A DNA stretch of 64,000 nucleotides from Trypanosoma brucei (lineage: Eukaryota), in assembly GCA_000002445.1 (NCBI GenBank), contig CM000207.1:1888001-1952000 (forward strand), in the 5' to 3' direction. The notes under the pieces are model-generated. The model was not told the DNA's origin. It was given only the letters and a program-made list of their open reading frames with translations, and did not search any database. Shown piece after piece: positions 1 to 11,138 of the stretch. The translations under genes and the position numbers were made by a program. The number at the start of each line of letters is the position of its first letter. Position 1 is the stretch's first letter.

Positions 1-2875
1 TTCAGATGCTGGCAACAAGGAAAGGAGTGAAACCTCTCAGCCGAATGATAAGAAAACCGGTTACGCACCCAATCGTTTATGTGACCATAAAGGAGGTTCC
101 CCCATTTGTGTGTTGGATTCGTCTTGTAACATTCCAAAAGTTAATACCAGCTATGAAAATTTCCACGAATTGGCTGGACCTGATTTTGCCGGTGGTCGCG
201 TCCCCCTGCGTGCGGTGCGGTCACACGAGATAATCCCTGTCTCGTCTTCCCCTCTTTTAAAAAATTTGGATCGCTCGAATAAATTCTCGACACCGACTGC
301 AGTCAGGCACAACTACTGGTCAGTAAGGGAGGTTAGGGCTTCAGATTCCACTTCCTTGAGCACTCAGCAGTCTGATGCATGTATCGATGCGTTTGCACTA
401 CCGCGCCCCCGTGAGCTCAAAGTTTGCTGCGACGTGGAAGGTCATCCTCTGAAGACGAACTTGCACAAGCACGCAGATCCTGATAAGTTCGATTCCGCTA
501 CAACGAACTCCTCTCAGGAGGTAACGGGTCGGAAAGAGGATACACAAGAGAGCTCATCATGCAAAACCAAGAGCGACTTCAGCACAAGTAATAGTGACCA
601 GTTGTTGTTGGAAACATTCGGTAGCAAAAATGCGATGCTTAGCAATAGTGGTTTCTTGGCACAGCAAGTTACATTTCTTGTATGCCGATTGTTTTTGCCC
701 GCATTGGACCTGGAAATGGAAGGCGTCGTAACGACGAAGAGGTTAAGAGCAGTGCAAGCAATGTCACAGCAATTCACGGAAGTTGTGCTGCGTGTGGCGA
801 GGGAAGAGTTTGGTGTTCCATTTGATATTCGGTTGGACTCAGTTGTGGTGACGTTTCACACACCGTCAGGACCGAATTCTGTCAATTTGGTGAGACCACG
901 TGATTGTGCCTTTCGTCTCGTGTCGGAACTTCAGAAGTTGGAGTCACAATGGGCCCGCACGTCCTCGTTGCCATTTGTTTGGGGAATAGCCATGCACCTT
1001 AGCCAACTATTGGTTGGCGTCATCCGCACGCCGTCTGGTCGCACATCATCCCTGTACGGTGAAGAAGTGAGGTTGGCATACCGCGTGACCGAACTTTGTC
1101 GCATTCTCGACTGTCCATTACTAATGTTGCAACCATGCTATGATGTTTTCCGCGTCTGTGTGACCGCAGTTCCCGTTGACGTGATACACCGAAGGACGTG
1201 TGGTGGAGATGTTCGGATATACTTATACGACCCCAAAGCACCAAAAGAAAGGGAATGTGTGGGAAGTTCCCGTGAGCAGTATGCCCCCCTTATGGCGGCC
1301 TTTGGGCTAATGTGTGAGAAAAGGTTCAGCCAAGCATCCGAGCAGTTGGAGAAAGTCTTGGAGTTAGATCACAACGCCCCGCGGCTACACAGGCTTTGCA
1401 AGTACCTTGCGCAGGAGCATGAAGGGGAGAAGATGAACTCTTCTCTAAGTGACATTACCAGGTACGTGCGGGAGGGCCCACAGTGGTGTGCAGTGGATAG
1501 AGAGGCTAAGAAATTTATCCGAAAGAAGATTGAAAAGGCAGGAATGAGTATTGACATGAATGCCACTTCGCTTTCCGTATCGCAATACCCATTTAACGAT
1601 GTGGTAGAACCGGGTTGTGCGCAGGGAATCAGTGAAGAGTATCGTTTGTTGCACCGGGTGGCAAATAGTTGCGCTATGATGGACTTGTCACGATTTGGGC
1701 AGTGTGAGTGCCACGTTTCCCCGCAGTATTATGCAGCACCAGGAAGTTTTCAACCGAATGAAATACAGTCGGAATGCGCATTGGTGACACTCCGTCAGAA
1801 TACATTGATGAATAGCAGCATTACTCGTGATGTTTGCATCGTTACGCACCAGCGTAGCTCCTCCGCCTGCGGTGTGATGCCGGAGTGTAACTACAAGAGT
1901 GACCGAACCATTGCCGTCGTTGCGCCTCCCCATGGCGAAAATACAATTCAAAACGGTGACTGTTATAACAAAGCAGAAAGACTTGAGTTTGACATTTACG
2001 GGCCAGTGGGCGCAGGTTCTTTCGGCAGGGTTTATAGAGGACTCCATCCGGATGGCAATATTGTCGCTATAAAGGAATATCCGGTGCCAAGCATGGATGA
2101 AAACAATCCGGAAATTCAATCCACATTATCAGAGATTCGGATGTTATCGGCTTCCCACCACAAAAACATTGTTCGGTACGTCGATAGATGCTTTCAAAAC
2201 GGTTGTTTGTATATCATCACTGAGTTTGTGTCTGGAGGGTCTCTCGCAGCACTCGTTGAAACATTCCACGGCCTCCCCTGTGACATTATCAGGCGCTATA
2301 CCGGTGACATACTCCGTGGGCTTCAATATCTTCACGACCGCCAAATCGTACACCGGGACATATCTCCGAACAATGTGCTCGTTAGCATTGATGGAGTGTG
2401 TAAACTGAGTGATTTTGGTGGTGCCGTGGAGTGCGCGATGCAACCACCAACTTCTGAAGATAACGTTACACTCACCAGTGATGAAAAGAGCCCCACGAGG
2501 AAGCGTACGATGGTGCTCACCACTGAAAGTGATTACTGCTCTACCGGTTCCACGACGCTGAAAACGTGCTTCGGCACACCTGTGTGTATGTCACCAGAGG
2601 CTTGCATGGGTGTAGTGGATCCAAGGAACGATATTTGGGGACTGGGAATTACACTTTGCTTTTGTGTTGCCTGCAGTTACCCGTGGTCACAGGAGGACAC
2701 AGCCGATGTGCGTTCCTTCATTAGTAAACTACGCCGTGGGTGTATTAGCCCGGAGCCGCCTTTCGACTTAATGGACGTTCACTTTGCTGATTTTGTTCGG
2801 CAGTGCCTAAAGCGAGATGCGAAGGATCGCCCATCAGCATCTGAGCTTTTGTTCCATGACTTTATGGTAAACTAA
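1..2875 (+). CDS. Serine/threonine protein kinase (STE-like). It is 5'-partial because the frame is open to the window start, so the N-terminus probably lies upstream.
   Basis: The C-terminal catalytic domain carries the G-loop GPVGAGSFGRVY, the VAIK lysine motif, HRDISPNNVL, DFG and an SPE (APE-like) motif. The track's 'start' at 110 is GTG, and there is no in-frame stop between position 2 and 110. The N-terminal region of at least 560 aa is non-kinase. Confidence 0.85.
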   Translation, partial: SDAGNKERSETSQPNDKKTGYAPNRLCDHKGGSPICVLDSSCNIPKVNTSYENFHELAGPDFAGGRVPLRAVRSHEIIPVSSSPLLKNLDRSNKFSTPTAVRHNYWSVREVRASDSTSLSTQQSDACIDAFALPRPRELKVCCDVEGHPLKTNLHKHADPDKFDSATTNSSQEVTGRKEDTQESSSCKTKSDFSTSNSDQLLLETFGSKNAMLSNSGFLAQQVTFLVCRLFLPALDLEMEGVVTTKRLRAVQAMSQQFTEVVLRVAREEFGVPFDIRLDSVVVTFHTPSGPNSVNLVRPRDCAFRLVSELQKLESQWARTSSLPFVWGIAMHLSQLLVGVIRTPSGRTSSLYGEEVRLAYRVTELCRILDCPLLMLQPCYDVFRVCVTAVPVDVIHRRTCGGDVRIYLYDPKAPKERECVGSSREQYAPLMAAFGLMCEKRFSQASEQLEKVLELDHNAPRLHRLCKYLAQEHEGEKMNSSLSDITRYVREGPQWCAVDREAKKFIRKKIEKAGMSIDMNATSLSVSQYPFNDVVEPGCAQGISEEYRLLHRVANSCAMMDLSRFGQCECHVSPQYYAAPGSFQPNEIQSECALVTLRQNTLMNSSITRDVCIVTHQRSSSACGVMPECNYKSDRTIAVVAPPHGENTIQNGDCYNKAERLEFDIYGPVGAGSFGRVYRGLHPDGNIVAIKEYPVPSMDENNPEIQSTLSEIRMLSASHHKNIVRYVDRCFQNGCLYIITEFVSGGSLAALVETFHGLPCDIIRRYTGDILRGLQYLHDRQIVHRDISPNNVLVSIDGVCKLSDFGGAVECAMQPPTSEDNVTLTSDEKSPTRKRTMVLTTESDYCSTGSTTLKTCFGTPVCMSPEACMGVVDPRNDIWGLGITLCFCVACSYPWSQEDTADVRSFISKLRRGCISPEPPFDLMDVHFADFVRQCLKRDAKDRPSASELLFHDFMVN

Positions 2876-3724
2876 AACCAATGGGTATCGTCTAGTTAAC
2901 CTGGTGACATGTAGCAGCGGGTTGGACATGAAAAGGAGGAGGTGGCAACGACACTAAAGGAAACGTTACTGAATTACCGGATTGGTTTTGCTGCTTCGCT
3001 ATGAACTTCAATTCATGACATTGCGATAAGCCGAAGATGACAACAAAAGCAAGAAAAAGGAAAGGAGAGAAAAGTGCTCTGAAATGGAGAGTAAGAGGAA
3101 AGGAGAAGGAGGAAGAGGAAGAGGAGGAAAGGGTTAACATACAATGTCAGTGATATAAATGTGGTTCCTTCCACAAATGACGGCATGTAATGGCTTTACA
3201 TTTCCTGCACAGCGTGGTCCTCATGATGGGAAAAAGGAGGGAGTGGAGCGGGTGTTGTGTGCTGTTGGTGCTACGGATACGTAAACAAACACACACACAC
3301 ACATATATATATATATTATTTGTTGAGAAGGTTTATTTTTTCCCCCCTCTGTATTTAACGAAACGGACAACTTTGTTCGGTTCCTTCTGCCGGGGATATC
3401 AACACAAAATTCACAGATGAAACTGGGAAAGGAGGAAAGCAAATGCAGTCAACGTAACAAGCTAAAACAACGGTCACGGCGTGCAATGCACATATTTTAA
3501 GAACGTGTGAAGAAAGTGCACATCTTTTACCTCCGTTTCATTATCATTAATATCATAATAATACTATTTTTTTTTTTCGTTGGTTTCGTTGTTGTTTTTG
3601 TTGTGTGATTCCATAATTTTTTTTTTTTTACCTGACCCTACTTTAACTACACAGTGCGACGCGTCTATTAAATAAAAAGTAAAAAAAAGAATATTTGTTG
3701 TGATTACCGTTCGAAAAAACTGGT

Positions 3725-3759
<35 letters not shown>

Positions 3760-3976
3760 GTGATATATTTCTTGACGAAGCGCGTGGGAACGTGGATGTG
3801 AGGTGGTGCAGGAGGTAGTTCCTCTTTTTTTTTTTTGTATCGCTTCCATCAATACCTCCATACAATATAAAAAAAACAAAAAATATACCGAATCGTTTAT
3901 GAATTAAATTAATGTATGCGTGTTCGATGTTGTTTCCGAGTTATATATGTGTACCTATATTAATAATAATAATCAT

Positions 3977-3980
<4 letters not shown>

Positions 3981-4026
<46 letters not shown>
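3981..4026. repeat. (AT)n microsatellite, about 23 units, preceded by (AAT)n
   Basis: It is read directly from the sequence. A similar (AT)n run lies at about 3730-3768. Confidence 0.95.
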
Positions 4027-4028
<2 letters not shown>

Positions 4029-4920
4029 TAAATTTGTTTTCTGCAGTTTTTATTAAGGCGGTTGACATATTTCTTGTCTTTCTTTCCCTCCGCGAATCTG
4101 TTCAACATTGTCACCATCGTGACGTCAATAATGTCGAATTCTTTGTATATGCATAAGTGATTCAAAAAGATGGCGTGTGATCACATAACCATTTGGCGTT
4201 TTTCATTTTATATTATTGTTGTGTATGTACATATATATTTTATTACTTGTTTATTTTAATATTTATCATAAATTCTCGTTAGGGTATGACTGACCTTTCT
4301 GTTACTTTTCTTGTGTATATATGTGTCTCTTTATATTACCAATACGCGCTAGTGGCCGTCTGGAGGTGTGTACATTAAATAAAATAAAACTTGTTTATAT
4401 GTTTATACGCGTAGCGCAGCGTCCGTGTGGGGGACTGAGAAGATGGAGAAGTGGTATTTTATTTCACTATGTCGATCTCTCCCATTATTAGAGGAAGAAA
4501 ATAAAAGAGAGAATGCTTAAATACAAATTTGTGTACAATTCGAACTCTTCTCGTCACTTGTCTTTTTTTAATATGTTTATTTGTGTTATTTGAGTACTGT
4601 ACAGTAATTGGAATGACATTATTCCACTTAATTATATCATTACTTTAATTTATTATTGCTTTTAATATCATTTTTTTCTCTTTTTTTTAAAAAAATAAAG
4701 GTTGTCGAGTGCCAACACCAACGAAAAAAAAAACAGGAGGAAAAGGGAGCAATAGAACAGGCGTGGAAACGTCACAGCAGTATTTGTACTATTATACGTT
4801 TCCATACAAGAAATAACTAAAGCCTTTCATCATAAAACAAACTAAAAGAAAGGGAAGGATATACGTACGCACACAAAACGACAATTACTAAACATTTTGA
4901 AGAGAAAAAAAAAGCAGTAA

Positions 4921-5442
4921 ATGCGACAAACTGGAAGTTTTCAGCCGTTCTTCTTGCGTGGAAAAGTAGTGCATGGCAAAGGTCGGGGAGGTTCACAACT
5001 TGGTTTTCCAACCGCTAACATTGGTCTCGATAAAGATGTTATGGAGTGCTTGCAACCGTACAAAAACCTTGTGGTTTATGGATGGGGAACTGTTTCACAG
5101 GTCCCCGGAAAAGAGCGAGAGAGTTTCGGTCCTTATCCATTTGCCGCCTCTATAGGATTCAACATGCAATTTGATGAAAAAACACTTACCGTTGAGCCAT
5201 ATTTTTTGCATGAATTTGGTTGGGACTTCTACGGTGCCGTTGTGAAGATAATTGTGCTTGGGGAAATCCGAAGCATGGGTTCTTTTCATTCACTGCAGGC
5301 GCTAGTAGATACTATAAAAAGTGATGTCCAATTTACACGGGACATGTTGCAAAAACCGCAACTTCAAGAGTTCTCGCGTCACTCATTGTTTGAGTCACCC
5401 TCTTCCACCATTCCGTACTTCGAGGATCTACCCGATGAGTGA
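4921..5442 (+). CDS. Riboflavin kinase (FMN-forming)
   Basis: ATG at 4921. The product has GKVVHGKGRGGSQLGFPTANI, matching the G.V..G.GRG...G.PTAN motif, and EPYFLHEFGWDFYG, matching the E.H....DFYG motif of the riboflavin kinase (flavokinase) family. Length is 173 aa and the ORF ends at TGA 5440-5442. Confidence 0.85.
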   Translation: MRQTGSFQPFFLRGKVVHGKGRGGSQLGFPTANIGLDKDVMECLQPYKNLVVYGWGTVSQVPGKERESFGPYPFAASIGFNMQFDEKTLTVEPYFLHEFGWDFYGAVVKIIVLGEIRSMGSFHSLQALVDTIKSDVQFTRDMLQKPQLQEFSRHSLFESPSSTIPYFEDLPDE

Positions 5443-6018
5443 ACCCTCAATTCTTCTCAGTCATGGTGAATATGAAGTTGAGACTGAATGGTAAGAGGAG
5501 GCATCCTTATTATTATTATTATTACTATTATTATTGTTTGTCTTATTTTATCGTCAAAGTTGATACATATATCCGACAAGTCGCGTGTTTGTATATATAT
5601 ATATATGTGACAGTGTATTGACATCGCAATACGTGCTTTGATGAGTGTGTGCATCACATTCTCCTTTATCCCCTTTTCGTGTAGCGAAAAACCATATATT
5701 CAGGCAGGCGTGTGGGGCGCAGAGAAAAAAGAAGTAAACTAAAGTGACAGCGGTGAGCGAGTTGAAATGAGTTTGTAGTCCCCACTTTTTCGACCAGAGG
5801 GAGAAAGAGAAACAGTTTTCGCAGTTTGTGATTTATTTTTGAGTTGCTTGTTGATGTTTGTATGTGCGGTTAGGTTTCGCTTCTTCTTTGTGCTTACGGT
5901 ACAAATGTTTTTATACCTCCTTTTTTAACCATTTATATTAGTATCCCCTTTACTCATTTTATCTTGTAGAATCCCATTTTGTGTATATCGTTATTATCAT
6001 TATTATCACTATAGCTTG

Positions 6019-6720
6019 ATGTACAACTCTGGCGGGGAGGTGCGCTCCTATGCTCAGCGCGTGTTCGCCTTGTATAGTCGTGAAAATGTTCTTTCAGTTT
6101 CACGCTTCTGCCTTGCCTGGTACGTATTGTGGGGAAAACAACCGAATCCAACCGTAACGGAACTACTCTTTGGTCGGTGTGATGCCTCTGGTGATGGAAA
6201 CGTGACAAAATATCCGAAGGAAATCTGTGAGGAGGGTTATGCGGCCCCCTTGAGGGGCTCTTCAAGTGATTATTGTAAACGACCTTCAGGTGTTAACACC
6301 GTCGCGGTTGGTGCTTCAGTGCCGCCCAATGCAACTCTACAAAGACGAATATCTGAGGAAGAGTTTGTACGGTTTGCTGTTGCATATTATGACTCCATGG
6401 GGAATGACGCCTCAGACTTGAGTGACGTGCCGGGAGCAGCAAATCCATTTCATGCCGTCCCACGGGTTGCGCATTGGGCCCACTTCATCGCACTGGCTGG
6501 TGACAAGGGATATGTGACGTTACAGGATATTTTAGAAACGGAAAATGTTGCGTGGCTGCGACCCCCTGAATATGAAGATGGCGACGTAAATCCAAAAGGT
6601 GTGCGAGGCGGCGGACGTGCCGCTTTACTCTCCCACGCATTTGCTATTGCAGATAGTAACAAGGATGGAAAAGTAGTATTTGGCGACGTGGAAAATTATA
6701 TGCGACCATTATCATCGTGA
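6019..6720 (+). CDS. Hypothetical protein with a candidate C-terminal EF-hand
   Basis: The first ATG is at 6019 (the track's 6016 is TTG). The ORF is 233 aa. The loop DSNKDGKVVFGD fits the canonical 12-residue EF-hand loop (D1, N3, D5, G6, hydrophobic at 8, acidic at 12). I recognise nothing else in it. Confidence 0.5.
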   Translation: MYNSGGEVRSYAQRVFALYSRENVLSVSRFCLAWYVLWGKQPNPTVTELLFGRCDASGDGNVTKYPKEICEEGYAAPLRGSSSDYCKRPSGVNTVAVGASVPPNATLQRRISEEEFVRFAVAYYDSMGNDASDLSDVPGAANPFHAVPRVAHWAHFIALAGDKGYVTLQDILETENVAWLRPPEYEDGDVNPKGVRGGGRAALLSHAFAIADSNKDGKVVFGDVENYMRPLSS

Positions 6721-6976
6721 AGGAACTGCGGTAAGTTATATTTTCCCTACTGCGCGCGTGTTCGTGTTGTTGTTGTAAAATATTGCGATGGGGTCGAGAA
6801 AGGAGTAAGTGTCTTTGGAGAGAGACTACTTTCTGACCCAAGTTTCCCGTTAAGTATGACTCTTTTCATATGCGCTCTACTCCGTTAACAAGCGTCTCCA
6901 CTACATTTACCGTAGCTAACCAATACACGACTACCCGTGCACATTTCTCCTCTGTTTCTTCACATGAAGGAATCAC

Positions 6977-8242
6977 ATGCCGGAGGTCGGCACTCAAGTT
7001 TACTGGTATGATTTTGAGGACGCTCCACCTCCATGGAAGAATGAGGAGGAACTGGCGAAAATGCTGGAGCTAAGCTCCTCCATCGAAGGTCCAATCAGTG
7101 ATGCGCGGCATATGCTTGTGCAACCCCGTGAGGTATATATTAGCATGCGTACAAAACTACGGAACAGACAACAACCATGCAATAGATATTGGAGCATTGT
7201 TCTTGAACCACACTTCGGCCCTCTGCTTGGAATGAATATGGTGATGCGCGAGTTGAAAGTGGAAATGGTTACTCGCGAGGAAGCTGAGGAAGCAGTGAAT
7301 GGTGTGGTAGAGGAGTTCAACGCAATGAGTCAATTATATTCTGCAACGGATGGTGCAAATGACGGGTTGGGTACGGCGCTCTCAGGCAAATCTGCACAAG
7401 CTATGGATGTGAAGGTTGCTCCTTTTCTTGAAGTGGTCAGAAAACTTTGCGAACCTCGAAACTTGGACGTGGTCGAATGGAACAGGGATGAGTTGCGCCG
7501 CAGGGGACGAATTGCTTTCACGGATTTGCTGTATCACAAGCGTGTCGTAATGATTGTAGATACCTCCAAACCTCATTTCTTGATTTGCCTTCCCGTGACG
7601 CACAAGAAAAGACTGACAGACAAGAGAGAAGTGTACTGCATGCAATTGCTTGCTCCAACTGCCAGCCCTGTCCCTTGGAGACGCCTCACGAAATACGCAC
7701 TGGTGAGTCCGCGGGCGCGTGAATTTGTTATTATTACCATCACGAAGAGGGACAGCGTAAAAAACAGTAATTTGTCTATCGACGTCATTGGTGCTGCACC
7801 TGAGGCGAAATCAGCATCGCAAAAAGATTTGGAGGATGGGGAGGATGGTGATTATGACGATGAAGAGGCTGAAGACGAATATGACAACGATGATGATGAT
7901 GATGAAGAGGATGACGGGGATGAGGATGAAAATAGCAATGACGGTGACAACCGACCTCGTAAGCGTGCACGCGTCGCTGATAGCGTTGATAACTCGGAGA
8001 CTGACTCGCTTAACAACAATGAAGATTACCCGTTTTTGGATGAGATTGACGCATACGAGAGGATGAGAACCGGATCAGCGCCAATTTTTTCTGCGGAGGA
8101 CCGTGTGCTGGATGACCCGTTGTTCAATACACCAGTTGCTACTTATCGAAGGGCGTCGCGTGCAACTCGAGAGGGGCGTGATTGGGTATATCGCTTCACC
8201 CACCAAAATGATAGGAATAAACTTTTCGCTCTAACTAATTGA
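6977..8242 (+). CDS. Hypothetical protein with a long acidic D/E tract
   Basis: ATG at 6977, 421 aa. There is an uninterrupted acidic run (DGEDGDYDDEEAEDEYDNDDDDDEEDDGDEDENSNDGD) followed by the basic patch RPRKRAR, which may be a nuclear localisation signal. I see no recognisable catalytic motifs. Confidence 0.5.
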   Translation: MPEVGTQVYWYDFEDAPPPWKNEEELAKMLELSSSIEGPISDARHMLVQPREVYISMRTKLRNRQQPCNRYWSIVLEPHFGPLLGMNMVMRELKVEMVTREEAEEAVNGVVEEFNAMSQLYSATDGANDGLGTALSGKSAQAMDVKVAPFLEVVRKLCEPRNLDVVEWNRDELRRRGRIAFTDLLYHKRVVMIVDTSKPHFLICLPVTHKKRLTDKREVYCMQLLAPTASPVPWRRLTKYALVSPRAREFVIITITKRDSVKNSNLSIDVIGAAPEAKSASQKDLEDGEDGDYDDEEAEDEYDNDDDDDEEDDGDEDENSNDGDNRPRKRARVADSVDNSETDSLNNNEDYPFLDEIDAYERMRTGSAPIFSAEDRVLDDPLFNTPVATYRRASRATREGRDWVYRFTHQNDRNKLFALTN

Positions 8243-9174
8243 TAGTGCGTGCACCGTTCGTGTTTCCGTCCTTTCTCCTTCTTACTGCACTCCCCTTTGT
8301 TTTTCTCGTTGAGCAGCGCAAAAGTAATTACTTTTTTTCTTTTCATTTTACCAACATTGTGCGAGGAAAGGGAAAAAAAGAATCGCGGTTAAAAGAATAG
8401 AACGAGGAAATGAAATGACACCCAATCTGTGGGGAGGCGATGCGGGAAAGGGGAGGAGAAGCGGGTTTGCGAGAAGGGAATGGGAGATGAAGTCATTCGT
8501 TTGTGTGTTGGGGGGGGGGGCTGCGAAGGAAAATGGAGACGGAAAGGGGGGACGGTTTTCGTAAATAAAAAAATGTTGATTATATTTATTTATATTTACG
8601 TTTATACAATCGATTTTATTTCATTTTATTTTTGTCACCGCTATCCTGCTGTTTTAATAATATTCCTCCATTTTTTTATTGGCGTGTGTCTTAAGAAGAC
8701 ACACTTTATTCCCCGAGTGATGTGTTACTGTGTGCAGCAAAATGACCTTGGCTGCATTTTTTTTTCGTTTTCTTCCCGTTCCCGTTCCCATCCCTTGTCT
8801 TTCTGTTATTTAGACTTTTCATTTACCTTAACCAGAATGCACTCCCGGTGTAATGTTGTTGATTCTTGCATTTGCGGACACCCCTTACCGAGACGTTGCA
8901 TCGGCGTTGCAGTGTTCTTACTGTTCTTTTCCTTTTTTTCATATCTCCGTTATGTCCTATTATTATTATTATCCCGTAAGTTGCTTTGCTCTTGCCCTTC
9001 CCCCTCCTCCCCCCAGTTGTCGCTCTCTCGCTCTCTCTGAAATTCTGCGTTCTACTTAATATTTGCACTGACTTTCTCTTTCCGTATATCTACATGTGTG
9101 CTTATATCTTCGTATTGACGGTATCCCATGCGCTAAAAAAAAGTGCTTTGGAAAATAGAAGGTAACGTAGGGGA

Positions 9175-10203
9175 ATGTTAAATATTTGCCAAAACTTGTC
9201 TTCCGTTGCAAAACCGGATCTAATTGTCGTGAGTGGTCACAAATGCAACATTCAGCGAGGGCCTCAAACTTCTATTGGCACACCAACTATCACAAAAAGG
9301 GTTACAGCTTGGGAGGCGCTCATATACCTGGAGATGTTGCTGGCAGAAGATGAGGCATTTGCGATTTTGGCAACGTTTGTTCCACCGCTCGTAGCGCTGT
9401 TGCCTCCAGAGAATTTTGCTTCGGATAATTGGGTTTATGTCCATGATCCGGCGTCGCGACCTTTACTAAAGTCAATTTTCGCGCAACTAAAACAGATGAG
9501 CGCTGACACACATGGATACAATGAAGTAATGGACACAACTCGTTGGGAAATAATTTTAGTTGATGTAACCGCGACATTTCATAAACCTTGTGTGCTTGAT
9601 ATCAAACTTGGATATGTGCGGCATTCACCGCACACATTACCCGACAAGGTGGAGCGCATACATAAGAGGCAGCTTCGACGAAGCCAACCCATACGATTTT
9701 GCGGTGCACATCACCAATTTTGTCGCCAAAATAACGACATCGGGGAGTGCTTTGAATTAGAAGAGTTCACAAAAGACATGGGTTATGCACTGGAAACAGA
9801 AGAGAGCCACCGCCGTGCACTTCGCTCCTTTTTTACCACAGCATCCCTAATGACCACATCGAATACCAATGAGACGACCATAATTGACGATCGGCATGCA
9901 ATGGCGCGCTCGCGGTGCTGCCGTCAGCGCGTTCAAAAGTTAGTTGATTTCTTAAAGGGTCATTTGGGTCAAATGCTATTGGAGAGAATAGCATTTGTGT
10001 CCGCGTCGTTATTGATTGTGTACGATGCGACGGGGTGTTGCGGCAGAAATGTTACCGTAAGTGAAGGGATCAATAGTATGAATGATATGGTGAACGTTTA
10101 TTTGATTGACTTCTCTCGCTCAGGCGACAGGCGGTTACACTTTCCTGAGGAAGTGGTTGGGTTTGTTCAAGGTTTGGAAAAAATTATTTTTCTTCTTTCA
10201 TGA
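9175..10203 (+). CDS. Inositol polyphosphate kinase (IPK family, IPMK-like)
   Basis: ATG at 9175, 342 aa. The product has PCVLDIKLG, the IPK signature P-x-x-x-D-x-K-x-G (canonical PCVLDLKMG). Downstream are SLLIVYD and LIDFS, matching the SSLL and IDF(A/G) catalytic motifs of inositol polyphosphate kinases. Confidence 0.75.
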   Translation: MLNICQNLSSVAKPDLIVVSGHKCNIQRGPQTSIGTPTITKRVTAWEALIYLEMLLAEDEAFAILATFVPPLVALLPPENFASDNWVYVHDPASRPLLKSIFAQLKQMSADTHGYNEVMDTTRWEIILVDVTATFHKPCVLDIKLGYVRHSPHTLPDKVERIHKRQLRRSQPIRFCGAHHQFCRQNNDIGECFELEEFTKDMGYALETEESHRRALRSFFTTASLMTTSNTNETTIIDDRHAMARSRCCRQRVQKLVDFLKGHLGQMLLERIAFVSASLLIVYDATGCCGRNVTVSEGINSMNDMVNVYLIDFSRSGDRRLHFPEEVVGFVQGLEKIIFLLS

Positions 10204-11138
10204 TGAGAACCGGCGATCTTCGGTATTTCGCTTGTTTTAAATTTGGTAGTATGACATGGTGTTTTATATTTATTCGATCTCACTCTCTTTTTACCCCTTT
10301 CCTCTCGTTGAAATAGATATATATGTATATGTTATAGTGCACATCTATCTTCTTTTTCAGTCCACTGATTTCTCCCCTTTGTTTCTATTATTCTCTACTT
10401 TTCCTTTCCACACTTTCGCTCTCGCGCCACCACTGTGATGATGACCTCAGGGTGCGCAGATGGTTCCCCACCCGCGAGCCGATTAATGTAGCACAGAAAT
10501 TATACGTTGTTAACTTTTTATCGCATAACACTCTTCAAATTCATACATTTGCACGTTTGCGCTGATGCTTCCGAGTTATATTGCTAGTTGGGAGCTTTTT
10601 TTTTGATGCTGCTGCTTGAAATTTTCTGTGGTGGTAAAAGTTAACTTCTTGTATCATCGTACTGCGTAGAGGCATTCATTTGCATGTATGTATGTTCCTG
10701 CATACCACATTGATGAGGAGCCGCAGAACTGTTGTTGGAGGTCTGTCGACTTGGGATTACACCGGGTGTGGAGCGTCAGAAGAGCATGATATTATGGATG
10801 GAATATGGTTTCTCGTGTTTTATGTGTTTGGTAGCTTGAAAGTTCTTTCGTCTTTTCGATATTTATGATTTGCGACGAGAATCGTGTTTTTGACGCCAGT
10901 TATTTTTCGTGTTCAGTAGTTGAGTCCCTCGACCCTTGGTCTCTCGCACGTTTAACACTTAAACTTCCAATCACCCCTACTCGAATTTAAGGATAAAATA
11001 GTATTTCAACTGTTGTTTCTTCTTTGTGTGGATAATTCAAGTACACCTTATCTGTTTCTTTCCCCCATCTAATCTATATATTTTGTCTTAGGTATCGCCT
11101 CATAGATTCCTTTATCTTAAAGAAAAGAAGATCTTTAG

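Noticed and set aside
8429-9040. A 203-aa plus-strand ORF in the spacer between the acidic protein and the IPMK-like gene
   Set aside because: It is extremely low-complexity (poly-G, poly-F/L/S, C-rich), it overlaps a G13 run and pyrimidine tracts, and it looks like translated UTR.
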